Below, piece by piece: positions 50,846 through 64,000 of a stretch of DNA of 64,000 nucleotides. Under the pieces are notes generated by a model. The model did no database searches, was not told the origin of the DNA, and saw nothing but the letters and a program-made list of their open reading frames with translations. Each line of letters opens with the position of its first letter. Positions within the stretch are counted from its first letter, which is position 1. Source of the stretch: Octopus vulgaris (lineage: Eukaryota). Location: contig OX597824.1 in the NCBI GenBank assembly GCA_951406725.2, forward strand, positions 98,456,001 through 98,520,000, read 5' to 3'. The position numbers were made by a program, and so were the translations under genes.

Positions 50846-52010
50846 TATTTGTACACAATGGCGAAAAAGATATTACCTGCAAAACCATATATATATATTC
50901 CTAATTACACGCGCGTGCGCGCACTCACATATACTCACACACACTCACAGAGACGCAGAGCCATCTTCTAAAATATAAAGAAAAGTGTCACGACGTAGGT
51001 ATGGCGATGGGTGTGCGACATGGCGGCGACATTGATGTTGCAAACATTTCAATGGTGTATGGTTACCAAGGTTATTACGAGCTAAATTCCATATATAGAA
51101 TGGTAAACACAAGGAAGCCACTTTGGAGGAAATCACTGCAGATGGATTGGCAGGAACAGTTGATATCGCTTTATCAATGGACATCAAGTGGAGTGGTTTC
51201 ATATAGCGATTGTATTGTTGTATGTATATGCATATGTGTGTGTGTGCAATTATATACGTATGTATGTATGTATGTATGTATGTATGTATGTATGTATGTA
51301 TGTATGTATGTATGTATGCATGTATGTATGTATGTATGTATGTATGTATGTATGCATGTATGTATGTATATATATATGTACGTACGTACGTATGTATGTA
51401 CGTATGCATTTATATAAACCTGAGTGATAAACAGATTTGTCTATACATACATACTTACATACATACCTACGTACATACATACATACATACATACATACAT
51501 ACATACATACAAACACATACATACAAACACATACATACAAACACTTACATACATGCAACGACGAGCTGAGGGGAAGTCCCTCAGCGGGATACCCTGTACA
51601 CTATATGAATATATAGAGAGTCTCACACGTTTAATTGAGTGAATTTAATAACTCTGATTAACTTAGATTATCCTTGCAAATAGAAAACAAATCTCATTTT
51701 AAAATGACAAAGATGACTCCAACACTATCACAATGGAGTGAGAAGTGGACGTCGTCTTAAAAGCCAACAGGTGGCAGCACATTGAGAAATATTCCATTCC
51801 CTTGGGTTTTAGAAATAATCCTGATGAGGCTTGCCATCAGCTCTATGCTAGATATTATGAATAAATGTCACTAATTTCATCTTAATACTGGGTTTAGAAT
51901 TTAAACACTCCGAGAGGGAGTTTTTACATTTTTATTGCAAGGTTAATCTCAATTAATTGAAGTTCTCTAGTTCACTCTAGATGTGTGATTTCTGCCGTAC
52001 ATCTCTCTCC

Positions 52011-52041
<31 letters not shown>

Positions 52042-52045
52042 GCTT

Positions 52046-52084
<39 letters not shown>

Positions 52085-52141
52085 TTATGAATGTATGTAT
52101 GTATATATGTATTATATATATATCACTCTCTGTATGTGTGC

Positions 52142-52170
<29 letters not shown>

Positions 52171-52183
<13 letters not shown>

Positions 52184-52465
52184 GAGAATGTGTGCCTGTC
52201 TGTGTGTATGTGTGCATCACTAAAACTCGAGAACTACCCAACCGATTTCATTCAAATTTTACACATGCCTTACTTGGGAACCATGGAGTGTCCTGTGCCA
52301 AAGAAACTTTCAACTCCTTGCCTAATGCGAGCCCGGAGCAGTGTCTCATATTTTACACTGTTTCGCTATTACGTGTCAAAAGCGAAACATTAACAACTCT
52401 ATTAATAATGTGATAAAATATTTTCACTATTATATGGTTTCAATTTCATTTACTTTCACTATGTA
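52171..52465 (+). mobile_element. Non-autonomous Helitron-like 5' part
   Basis: tatataaaattgagaatgtgtgcctgtctgtgtg..aactcgagaactacccaaccgatttcattcaaattttacac is a typical Helitron-N 5' block; no 3' CTAG end seen. Confidence 0.5.
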
Positions 52466-52519
52466 TTTATATACATGTTTGTATATGCATGTATGTATGT
52501 ATGTATGTATGTATGTATG

Positions 52520-52553
<34 letters not shown>

Positions 52554-52629
52554 TGTATGTATATATATTATTTTATTATTACTTTTAGTTTCAGCTCAAA
52601 GCTGCCGCCATGCCGGGGCATCGCCGTTT

Positions 52630-53135
52630 TGCTACACTGTTATTATTGAGAGCCTCTTCTAGTATGTGGCATTTGGTGAAGAATGGAGTTTGATGTCGCT
52701 ACCCTCATTTGCACCTCTTGCCGTGGGGTAGGTTCATCTGGGCCTCTCGACTAGAAGAGATCCAGTTTTGATTTGAAAACACCTACATCCACTTTGTGTA
52801 GGTCCCTCGGGCTCTTTTGGAGAATATTAAAAAGCTGTGGGCCCCTGAAACCCAGATTGTTGCAGTAACTGGTCCTGGCGAGATGGCATTGCTGGGATCT
52901 TTGGCACTGTGCAGTGGTGACCCGTTCTGGCATTTGTGCAGCTTTCAAAGCCAAAATTTGGTGAAAAATCCTTTCCAGGATTTCCAGATCTGTATATCTC
53001 TCCCGCCTTCGCTCCAAGGAGTAAAGTCTTGGCTTTTTCAGCGTTTTCCAGTAGTTGAGCTCTTGCTATGAGACGATCTTCTTTGCGAAGCATCGCTGGA
53101 TTGCTTCAAGGTCTGCTGTTAATTTTACACTATGA
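52630..53135 (-). mobile_element. CR1/L2-group LINE 3' fragment, degraded
   Basis: ERRRERY..RTGHHCTVPKIP..YCNNLGFRGPQLFNIL..VFKSKLDLF. Confidence 0.8.
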
Positions 53136-53249
53136 GTTGAGACTGAGTCTCAAAGTCATGGTTGTCACTACAGAGCTTGCGCAGACGGTGGAATTGGGAG
53201 TAGGGTGATGGAGAGCTTGGTGTAGGTAATGTGAGATTTCTACAATACC

Positions 53250-53850
53250 TTTGAAAACATTTACAGAAGGCCCATGTGACATATCTTTTTGAATTATGGA
53301 ATTCTGGTTGAGAATGTCAAAACCGTCATCATCAATAAAAAAAAAGAGTGATTCAACTAAAGAGTTTCCGCCAAAAGCAGGAATCCTTTAAGGATTCTCT
53401 CCAATTCTGATTTCTCTTTGGGATTGCAGTAGAGATCATTAGACGACGTCTTCACTTCATCCAAAACAAAGGCTTAACCATCCAATAAAAGCAATCAAGA
53501 CATCGGAAGAGTCTGTAATCTCTTTGATTTTGACTATAATGATGACCTTGTCCTCATAAGTCATCAACTGTACGAAGGAGAAGGCTTGTTAAAATCCGTT
53601 GAGAATTTTACATCCAAGGTCGGTCTCTTTCCCAATGCAAACAACACTGAATCGATGACCATAAATGAGGGTGGAAGCCACAGTTATCAGTTTGTTCCAA
53701 AGATGGCGCACAACTAAACGAGGTGAATGGCTTCAAGTAACTTAGCACCTGTGTTACTGACGGGGGAAAGACTTCCTGACACGCAAAGGACTGGACTGGA
53801 GTGTTTGTTACGAGCTTCAAAGAATTTAGTCGAGTATTTCAAAGTTGACA
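53250..53850 (+). mobile_element. RTE-clade LINE RT remnant
   Basis: GIL*GFSL..DFDYNDDLVLISHQLYEGEGLLKSVENFTSKVGLFPNANNTESM..FK*LS (cf. DYADDIAL..VGL.LN..KTEYM..FKYLG). Confidence 0.7.
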
Positions 53851-55186
53851 AGGCTGGTTTTCATATGGAAAGATACACACACACACACAAGCACACCAAC
53901 ACACACATACCAACACACACACCTACACACACTCACACACATACATACATATAGCAACGAAGTGAATCTTTGAACAAACCAAGAAATGTAATTTATATGT
54001 ATGTGTGTACGTGCTTGTGTGTGTGTGCGTGCGAGCGCGCGTGTGTGTATGTGTGCGTGTGTATGTGGAATTGTGCCTGTAAAGGAAACGGTATATCTTG
54101 CTGAGCCGAACTTCTGAAGAATTAAAGTACATTTCTTGCAGTTGAGTTGTGAAGGATGTTTATACATAAATCAGAAAACAGGGTCCATGACTTTTAACTG
54201 GACTTTTAAATCACGCAACGTTGTCAGGTTTAAGGAGATTGATCTGTAATCGAAGTTCTTTTAATCGATATTAAATATTTTCTGTGTGGTCAGGTTGTAA
54301 TTGGAAGTAAGAACTTTGTAAATAAATTGATAAAAGTAAGAAATATCGACATCAAAGTAAAATTAATATTTTAAATAGGCGAAGAGGAGGTAAAGACAAA
54401 ACACTGAATCTATTAATGGAAGCAAAGTGATAAATAATTTAATGAATTATTTAATTATGGTATGAGTGCAGATGTAAAAATGGAGGAATGAAAGTGGATG
54501 CAGAGAGTTTGGATGGAACAATGCACAAGTCATGATTATCATAAAAGAGAATCTTTAATTGAATTAAACTAGATTAGCGAAAAGTAAAGCTAAAAATAGT
54601 GCTGCCAGTGGAGATAAAATGGTGTAAAAATGTAGGCAGAGCGGCGCTGGTGTTGGGGAGGAACATTTATTGAGTTGAAAATGTCAGTCTTAAGGATTCT
54701 GCGGAGAAAGTCTCTTGAATATTAAGTCTTTGGCAAATTGCATCTTTAAACGTTTCCTGGTGCAAGTGTTATACGGTTCCTTATTCTCAGAACAAAATCT
54801 AACTTTGGGTTTTAAGGTTCGGATTTACTATTCAATTCTCAGTTGTGACTGACCAGCGAAATTTGAATACTGTTTTAAGAGTTCCGAAAGACATCGAAGC
54901 AGGAAATATATTCAAATTTGAATGGGTTGTAGGGTCACAGCAATATTTACATAAGAAGTGATCTTGATGTTGTTAATTGTTAATTGGTAAACTATGTCTT
55001 TAGGTAAGAACTTTCAGCTATAGATTCGGACGTGGAGGGCGTCGAGCATGTGGACCTGGACGTGGATCTCGAGGCTGGGGATGTGGGCGAAGTTGAGTAC
55101 ATCTCTGTTGATGCCATCCTTGACGAGTCCAGCGGTCTGGGCCTCAACTTGCCAGCGCACGTGAATGCGCACCCCAGACCTTCAGC

Positions 55187-56194
55187 TTGGTAGCTAGCGT
55201 GGATGCCAACAAGGCTCTTGACAGCACTTCGTTTAGGAATGCCATGTCGAAGGCACAGCAGGTGTGGAATCTGAAGAGCCGCAGCATGGTGGCGGCAGAC
55301 AGCATTCTGGATGCGTTGAAGAGGAGGCTGGTGGTGCCCAACAGTACCAGATGGAACTCTGCCTACGACACTGTTGTTGTCCTCAACAACCTGCTAGAGA
55401 AGAATAGGCAAACTATTCACAGGGTGATGACACAGTTGAAGCTGCAGACCTTAACTGATTCTGATGTCGGCTTCCTGACGGAGAACGCCCAGGGAATGTC
55501 TAATGTTGCCAAAGCCTTGGATAAAATCCAGCGGGAGGACCAGGCCTTTCTCAGGAGCCTTCTGCCAACTGTGGCAGCTACAGTCATGAAGTTGAAGGAG
55601 ACCAAGTTCAGACATCTCTTCTACTGCGGTCCCCTGGTAGATGTGATACGAGCAGGCAGCACGAAAAGGTTTGGGCTTCTCCCAGAAGACCTGGAGTGCC
55701 ATCTGGCTGCTGCCTTCCATCCCAGGTTTCACCGGTTCTGGCTGGAGCTGTTTAATAAGAGCCAGGTTAGTAGAGTAACGAACACCATGGAGATGGTCGT
55801 AGAGACAGCCATAACGGAGGCCAATGAGGAGGGCAGCAACATCACCAGCAATGAGGACGAGGAAGAGGATTTCTTCAGCAACATAACTCGGGTCCAGGTG
55901 AGCAGGAGCCACAGGTCACTGAAATCCAAGGCATAGAACTTGGTGAAGGTTTGGCTGGAGGTCATCTCAAAGAAGGTCCTGACCGAAGTCACCTTTTTGG
56001 GTGGACAGGTCTTGATTGACCTCTTCACCAAGTATTACACTGCCATCCCATCAAGTACTGCAGTTGAGCGCCTATTCTCGATAGGCAAGGATATTTTGAG
56101 GGCCAAGAGAGCCTCCCTGTCAGATGGTAACTCTGAGAGGCAAATACTTATGAAGGGCAACCAGCATTACATCAAGGTAATGGAGAAAGCCTAG
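55187..56194 (+). pseudogene. hAT-superfamily transposase, C-terminal part
   Basis: PNSTRWNSAYD, ALDKIQ, AAAFHPRF and the dimerization domain YTAIPSSTAVERLFS..RASLSD. There is a single in-frame TAG at 55934-55936 and the N-terminus is missing. Confidence 0.9.
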
Positions 56195-56846
56195 CCAGAG
56201 CAGTACACATTGATCATCATCTGATATTGGCATGATACCTATGCTATACTATACCTTTTTGATTTGTTTTATACTTTTTGTTCAGTAAATAAAGTGCATG
56301 TTGACTGAAAAACTAATGTTTAATTTCATTTGTTCATTTAATTGTTTGCGTACACTTTGATCGTCATCTGATCTTGGCTGCTGCACCTTTTTGGAAAGCT
56401 CTATGTCTCAGCTACAACATAAAAATTTCAGCTCTTTATGTCTGAAATTTGGTGGGCGAGAGATAGTCGATCGGTCCCAGTATTCAACTGCTACTTAGTT
56501 CATCAACCCCTTACGGTGTAAGGCCGTAATTGATGGCTGTGGAACGAGTTACTAATAATAAATTTTAGTTCGTTGATTATTTGTGCCGTAAATTTTCAGT
56601 TTGAACAAAATAATGTTGGAACGGTCTTACAATCATTTTGCCAACAATTTTCAATCATTTCAATTAATTGCGCACTGAAATTATTCAAATTGTTGGACTA
56701 TATAAATAACACCTATATCATTCGAAAGAGAAAAAAATTCTACATAAATTGTAAAAAGTTAAAAGATAATTACATACAGTTTTGTTAGAAATAAATTAAT
56801 GAAGGAATAGAACTCTCGTCATCAGTCTTAAACTTATTTTGGCCAG

Positions 56847-56909
<63 letters not shown>

Positions 56910-57119
56910 GTATACATATATATATGTTTTAAATTTGTTTACGGCAAACGGTTAGAATATACAAATAAAGCTGCTATTCCATTATGCCGGCAACACTCTA
57001 ATGATGATGACCGGTGAACCAGTTTTGTGGGGTTTCGCCGAGTTGGAGCGATATAATGTAGGATAAATATAGTAATAATATCAATAATCCTTGGGGGGAA
57101 TTTATAAATATTTTAATGC

Positions 57120-58090
57120 ATCGCTAAGCGCGTTTCCACAAGTTTCATGTCTCTCATGATCACAGTCCGTGTTCCTGAGATGATTACAGTGTAGTCCGTA
57201 GTATCCATGGGCATCGGGTTTATCACATTCATGTGTTCATTTCTTCAGGCAATATAGCATTAAAGGATGTTTAACTGAGGGTCGTTTATCTCTTTTTAAC
57301 CAGTAAGAAGGTCTATTGAGATAGACCTTCTCAAAGCAAGACAGGTCAATCAATGACCAAAGCAGACAGTATAATGGCCACGATAAACAATGCATCTTAT
57401 TTATTCTTTCTCTTAGCGTGTAGCAAGAAACGTAGCGTTTGCTTTATGGCAAGACTTGAAAGAGTTTATATGCTCGTATAAGCAACTCTTAAATTAGCTT
57501 TTTGTTGCTACGCATGGCATTACGACAACACTGCGTACAGCAGAGTATTGTCATAATTTCCCTTGTAATAGTTCGATCTATGATGCAATTACTCATGCAC
57601 AGCTTATTCAAGAGCATGACTCAATGTTTCATCAACAACAGTTGTCTTCTCCTGAGTTGTTATTGCGGATATCCTGGTTAGAGTAAGATATAACTTTTTT
57701 CTTTGAGAAATGATTGTGAAATAATTCGATTAAATATTGCGGTTGCTGACTCATTATTATGTTGTCTTCAGGAAGTCTTTGGCGCTTCAGAAAAAAACAA
57801 TTCTTTGGTGATACAGTGTATAACGTGTCCCTGGATGGTGGGGATGTACCAAATAATATTTCTGTCCCCAGTTCATTAGTTTTTAGTTTGTTTGTGGTGG
57901 GTAAATTGTATGCTAATGTATTTATACATTGTTTACAATACAGAGCAATTAAGACGGGAAGATGCGAAAAAAAAAACCTTTGAAATATCAAGTAATATTG
58001 ATGTGTACCAAAATCCTTATATACACAGTTGTCGATTTAAATTTCTCGCGAATAAAAACATTATTTATCTTAATTGGAGAAGCACTAATT
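57120..58090 (-). mobile_element. Degraded Penelope-like element 3' portion with terminal hammerhead-like motif
   Basis: Broken minus frames RNIIWYIP, LIELFHNHFSKK.VISYS..NCC, FKSCLYEHINSFK..ANATFLA and LSCFEK (GIY-YIG C-terminus), then CTGAAGA..GAAAC-gcgc-TTA at 57120-57253. Confidence 0.65.
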
Positions 58091-58192
58091 AATTAATTCT
58101 TACGGGATTCAACGATGTTTATATAACCGTTTAGGTATTAATTTCATTAGTGTCTCCACCGAAATATATTTGTTTATTTTCTGAATATACAC

Positions 58193-58319
<127 letters not shown>

Positions 58320-58794
58320 CATATCATACCCGTACTTACACACGCCACCACATAAACACACACACAGACGGTTGTTTACAAAGTTTCGCCCCAAAATACA
58401 AATGTGTAACAACTGAGCCGGAGACGTCTGAAGGAAACATAAACGAAAGATTAATATAGAATTATAGATAATTGTGTTAAATGGATAGACTTTTATATAA
58501 TGTGTTACACTGTGGATAATATTATATATATATGTATATATATTTAAAATGAGAGAGAGAAAGAGATACACAAATACAGATGTATATAAATGTGTGTGTG
58601 TGTGTGTGTGTGTGTTTAGGAAAAGATGGACAGAGGTTTCGAAGTTTTGCAGGAGAAGCTGACAGACTCTGTCAACTTACGATAATATATTTGGTATTGT
58701 AAGGGGAAAAAGCGAGTAATTTTTCATTGAAGGATTGACTCTTTTGAGACTAATGATATATAAACACACACACGCACACACACACACACACGCA

Positions 58795-58846
<52 letters not shown>

Positions 58847-59059
58847 GCGAGAGAGAGGGAGAGAGATAAATAGATAGATAGATAGAGACATACGTATGTA
58901 TAATTGTATGTGCATGTATATATGTACATATATATATATATATACATATGTGTGTGTGTGTGTGTGTGTGTATAGACATATATGTATGTATGTATGTATG
59001 TATAGACGGTGGTTGTCTGCGCTTTACGCAGAGTCTGACCACCGCTTGTACTTGCATCT

Positions 59060-59420
59060 CATGTGTATCATGGCGTCCATGTCACTTTTTAAACCAGACA
59101 ATGTTTTAAAAGGATACCCACGTTGATTGCATATTTGCTTTGGACCACCAAGAGCTGCAGTGAACTTCTGATCCTTGTGGATCTTAAAATGTCTTTTGAG
59201 GACACTTTTTAGATTTGTTGACCTTATGGCATACACGGCATTGATACGTGTTCACAGATATATAAGCAGAGTAGTTGGAGGGAGTTCATTTTACATGGGT
59301 CCGCAAATGAAATTTGAGCCCAGCAAAAGAAAGGCAGGGTCTGTCACAAACTTTGCACAGAAAAAGGTCGCTGAGATCCACCTTCTCGTTGATCGCAACA
59401 TTCTTCTTTAAATTTCTTTT
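59060..59420 (-). mobile_element. Degenerate C2H2 zinc-finger array, probably the C-terminus of an RTE-type LINE ORF
   Basis: FLCKVCDRPCLSFAGLKFHLRTH plus the broken fingers NLKSVLKRHFKIH and ICNQRGYPFKTLSGLKS; no canonical TGEKP linkers. Confidence 0.45.
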
Positions 59421-60039
59421 GAGTCCTGCATATATAAATAGAGAGAAAAAATTTGTTTTTATAAAATCCATAGATATATTACTCGGTACCTTATTGTATG
59501 TATGCGATTGTGCATGCGCTTTATTGAGCCAAGTAATTTCTGTATATATTTTAACCAAAGCCATGTATAAAAAGACATAAACACTTTTTCTGCATTTAAA
59601 TTTCTTCGCAGACAAAAAATAATGATAAAAACAAAAGAGCTCATTCCTGAGTTGAGACTTCATCAGCGACTGAGTAGCTTCTTTCACTTCTTTAACTGGA
59701 ACTACTTACAAACACGTGATTACTAAAAGCTCAAGTAGATTGGACAGACCGTTTTTGAATGTATAACCTACTGTTGGCCGCTAGTGCAATGACTAAACCA
59801 ATTGTGTGACTGTATTTTCTTTCAATACTAAGTTCTAGCGAATGACCAGCATGCTTATGTATTAAACATCCACTTCCCACGCCCGATGTTGCCCAAACAG
59901 AAAGGTGAGGACAGATACTGCTTGGCAACTCAGAATATAAAAAAGCTGGGAACAATGTCACAAGGTTTTCGTGTCGCATAATCTCACGAATCACGCCAAT
60001 CCATCCCCTTGGATTTCTGGGTTACTTCCATCGTTTCAA

Positions 60040-60235
60040 ATGTAGGTAGAGTAATTTCAAGACAGGATGCAAATCGATGGCACCGAACCCTGTGTTCAAC
60101 TGGTACTTGCTCCATCGACCCGAAAGGATGAAAAGCAAAGTCGACCTCTGCAGAATTTGAACCCAGAACGTAAAGAGCAGGAAAGATACAGTACAAACTT
60201 AACTTTCATGAAATTTGAACTCAGGATGTAAAAAC
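60040..60235 (-). mobile_element. Meta/MESC-like SINE fragment
   Basis: ctggtactt..atcgaccccgaaaggatgaaaagcaaagtcgacctc..gaatttgaacccagaacg. Confidence 0.8.
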
Positions 60236-61323
60236 CCAAAATCAATACCACATGTACATCAGCCGTTAAACCGTGCTGTATTGGCCACCCTGTAACTGCA
60301 AGTGGCTTTTGTGACTATTCGTTTTCATTCGTTTTAATAGCACCTGAAAATTTAAATAATATACTGCAAGTGAGAGGCGCCAACTGTTTCAACTGACCAT
60401 TCACAAACGATGTCCAGGAACCAGAACTTCTTGGAGTTGTTGTTTAGTAACAAAAATCTTGATTCAAGATATTCAGAACTCATCATTCCGATTTTTTTTT
60501 CAATTATGGTGATTCTTGGACAATATTATCTCATGTTTATTATTTATTTCAAGACAGGAAGGTTTGGCTGTTATTTCTAGCTGATCGGCAGGCTCTGTGG
60601 TGCAACGATGTGGAACGTTACTTGGGGCAAAGTGCAAGGACATAAGGACGTGAGTGGGTGCAGCTGTGCTGCGAGAATTAATGAATCATTAATCTACGAA
60701 ATCATTATTATGCATGAGGTCACGCCATGAAACATTAATTTCAAATGTTATCGTGCATTAATTATGAAGTTAGAAATAATACTTTAAATACTGAAGCAGC
60801 AAAGACGCCCCAGAGTGTAATGTTTTTATTTAATGAAATTTGTTGTGTTGCATCTTAATGAGAAGGCTGGCTCTACTTAGCTTTGGAATGATCTGAGATG
60901 AGATTGTTAATGTGGCATTTCTTGGTTTGCAATATTATCTGTGTGTCTCGCAGACAAATGAATGTTGACAAAATTTCATGACGGGGAAAAAATGTTCACT
61001 CGTTAATAGAAAAGAATGATGCAATTTCAATGGTTGATTCCTGATAAATGGATAGTTTTTCTAATATCTACATAGAATATATAAAATTCCGAAATTGGTA
61101 GAGCATTAAATTTGGATATCAAGGAATTATCAGTCTAGAATTGAAATAATCCGAGCTGCAAGAATACAGTGGCATCACAACAGAAACAATTTCGTTTATT
61201 TGTAGTTCGAATTCCTGATTTTATAAATCTGGAGACCATCGAAATCTTCTGAAACATATTCCATTCCACTTTGATTTCTTTCAACGATGGAATAATTAAC
61301 AGCCATTCTTTTATCAGTTTAGT

Positions 61324-61324
<1 letters not shown>

Positions 61325-61356
<32 letters not shown>

Positions 61357-61630
61357 TGTCACGTGCGCCTGCAGCGCATTGACGTCACTGCAACAGAAGC
61401 ATTTCCGGTGAAGCGCGAGCCGTGCCACACCTGTCCAGCCAGCTCATGCCATTTCCCACCCATTGTGTTCTTTACCCGCCTCCACGATTTACTGCTTTCT
61501 ACTCTTCCTTCCATGACAATGGTTTTCCAGACCTCTGCTTCTGCGAATATGGCCGTAACAGATGAGCTTTCGCTCCTTCCACAATGTCCTCGCTAAGTCA
61601 ACAACAGAGGCCAGTGCAGAAACGCATTTG
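61325..61630 (-). mobile_element. RTE-clade LINE 3' end with (GAC)n tail
   Basis: Minus strand YGHIRRSRGLE / KTIVMEGRVES (cf. GHI.R...LEK.IMEG.VEG); tail at 61325-61354. Confidence 0.65.
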
Positions 61631-63284
61631 GTCAATAGGCATTTATGATTGGCGAGCATGGAAATTTGAAGAGAATATAATGAGTAGGAGAGCGTTAGAA
61701 GGATCTCTTAGAAGGATCGTCGGACAAAGGAATGAGTGTTACAATAAGAAGGTGAAAGACGAGAACAGGATGTTTATTTATGACCAACTGTAATATCCAC
61801 TCAAAATACCTGGCATTAGTAAAGAGGAAAGTAAAGAAGCTGATTCGAATCTCGAATTTCAAACACTTACCATAGTGTAACGTTCGCCATTATTCCACGT
61901 TTCAACAGAATTGTGTCGTATTTATTGTATCTGTTCTCTCCTCTGCGGTTATTGAATAAATTTCAAAATTTTGTGTTCTTTGTTTCAAGGGTACTCAAAT
62001 ACTATCACAAACTGTCTGATAACCAAACAGAAACAGTCATACTTGATAAACTAATGTTCTCGAAGAATCGAGAATTTTCTGGTGAAATAATTTATAGGAT
62101 AACGATAAGTTAATTCTTTAACAGTTACCATTCTCTATCTAATTTCTTTTTCATTCATGTATAATTGGCATCCCCCATCACATCGTTTATTATTCCCGTT
62201 TGCAAAGTAATTTCATTTATATTTATAAATATTTCTACTTTTGTCTAAATAAATATTTTTAAATGTTAGTTTGTTAAAACACAAGATTTTTTTTTTGTTT
62301 TGATATGTTCGATTCTTTGTCAGTTTTTCCACAAACAACTTCGCTTGGCAGTTCTTTCTCCCATATTAAAGCCAGGCATTGCAGAAGAGGATACTTTTTG
62401 TACCCTTTACAAAACTGGTTTCAAATATCTAATGAAAATACGATAATTTACGGTAAATGTTGCCAGCATTCAAAATTATTACACTTAATTTATAATGACA
62501 ATCAGCTGACAAACAGCCAAGACAAAACTGAAGCCCACGCTGGCTGTTTGTCGACAGTAACAACACCTAATAAGACACAATAAATCACCACCTGCGGCAT
62601 TTTAACCATTTTGCTATATTTTTATTTTTATTTTAGGAAAAGCTAAATGCTAATTAGCTGTAATAACAATGTGATTACTACATTATCAATTCTACCACAT
62701 CTTGACACAGATAGACATAAATATATCAGCCAGATATTAAATTTGTTTATGGTGTTCAGACATAAACTGTTTTGTTTTCCCATAAAGAATTATAGAGAAC
62801 TTTCCAAGCAGCTGATTTCAAATTTGCCGAAGGATGAAAGCATTTCGATTTTGACCTAAGTTTCCATTACATTGTGCTGCGCATGACATCATTTAATTGA
62901 TTATTACTATTTGCGTGGATGCTAAATACATTGTATGAAATTCTAAATCTACAGGTGTGGATGCCAATTCTGTTGCACGGGGTGGCAGCCACTGTGGTAG
63001 AGGCTAGAATGCATGAACAGAGCAAAAATATATCATAAATATAACAGGAAAATAATATCACTTATATCTGTTCCATGCACAACACAGCGTGAATCAGAAT
63101 TGAAATAAATTTGAATATGAAAAGCACATTTTTGCCATTGATGTGATGTGGAGAGCGGGTGAATCTCCTGATGGACACTTTCACGCACATTTACACATAT
63201 ATATCCATATATAGAGAGATACATTATTGCTATAACTGATAAGAGTACGTTATGACATGATTGTAATATATAACTGTTATCTTT

Positions 63285-63668
63285 TATCTTTCACCTCAGT
63301 CATTAGACTGCGGCCATGCTGGGGCACTCACTGCCTTGAAGAATTTTTAGAACCAACCCGGTACTTATTTTTTAAGGCCTGGTATTTATTCTATCGAGAC
63401 TCTTTTGCTGATCCACTAATTTATGGGGACGTAAACACGCCAACACCAGTTCTTAAGTGGTGATATGGGGCAAACACTGACACAAAGACACACACACACA
63501 GATTTATAAATGTATACGACGGGTTTCTTTCAGTTTCCGTCTACCAAATCCACTCACAAGGCTTTGGTCGGCCCAAGGCTATAGTAGAAGATACTCATGC
63601 AATGGGACTGAACTCAGATACATGTGGTTGGGAAGCGAACTTCTTACCACACAGCCACGCCTGCACCT
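63285..63668 (-). mobile_element. CORE-like tRNA SINE
   Basis: Matches 45515-45985 along its length. Confidence 0.85.
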
Positions 63669-64000
63669 ATCGTCATTATTTTATTTGGTAAGCGACAAAA
63701 CTAAAAAAGAAAAAGTATAAAACCACTCACATCTTGTTGTTCGTCAATTTTCTCAACAACCAAAAGCTTTGGATAAAGGAGAGAAATATTGAAACACTTA
63801 CTATTGGGGTTACTATTGTTTGTTTAGATACCCTAAATGTTTTATTCCTTCCTTTCACTCCACCACCCTGTATAGACCCGTTTGCAATGGGTGTATATTT
63901 TCAAAGATTTCGATTTGAAGTAATTTTCTAATATTAAATCTCTGCAGTAAAAGCATCGGTTAATGACGTTAGCAGATTCGTTTTACTTCTTTTTATTGTT

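Noticed and set aside
51000-51215. Possible RTE RT remnant (GVRHGG, ITADGLA)
   Set aside because: Too degenerate to call with confidence.
62620-63040. Candidate splice acceptors (62636, 62953) and short exons
   Set aside because: The frames stop quickly, with no recognisable protein and no convincing donor sites.

Overview
A eukaryotic, AT-rich, microsatellite-dense window. It is most likely from an octopus (coleoid cephalopod) genome, inferred from its SINE families and repeat load. I found no confidently identifiable host protein-coding gene, tRNA gene or rRNA gene, and almost all ORFs in the track are translated microsatellites. The interpretable content is transposable elements: (1) several tRNA-derived SINE families; (2) CR1/L2-group LINE 3' fragments, one with a 598-aa open RT frame; (3) a stack of R4/Dong-like restriction-like-endonuclease (RLE) LINE ends in (TAA)n; (4) RTE remnants; (5) degraded Penelope-like elements (PLEs); (6) a Tc1 with long inverted repeats, a maT/mariner-like remnant and a hAT transposase pseudogene; (7) Helitron pieces. 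The most notable signal is a sequence-perfect type I hammerhead ribozyme on the minus strand (21773-21817). It lies inside a 466-bp non-coding, (TA)n-flanked element made of 1.3 tandem copies of a 353-nt unit, which is the architecture of a metazoan non-LTR retrozyme (circular-RNA retroelement). About ten further degenerate hammerhead-like motifs occur in unrelated small elements and at PLE 3' ends. One appears to be linked to a tRNA-like head and two have very long stem-II inserts. All coordinates and alignments were read by eye, so element boundaries are approximate.
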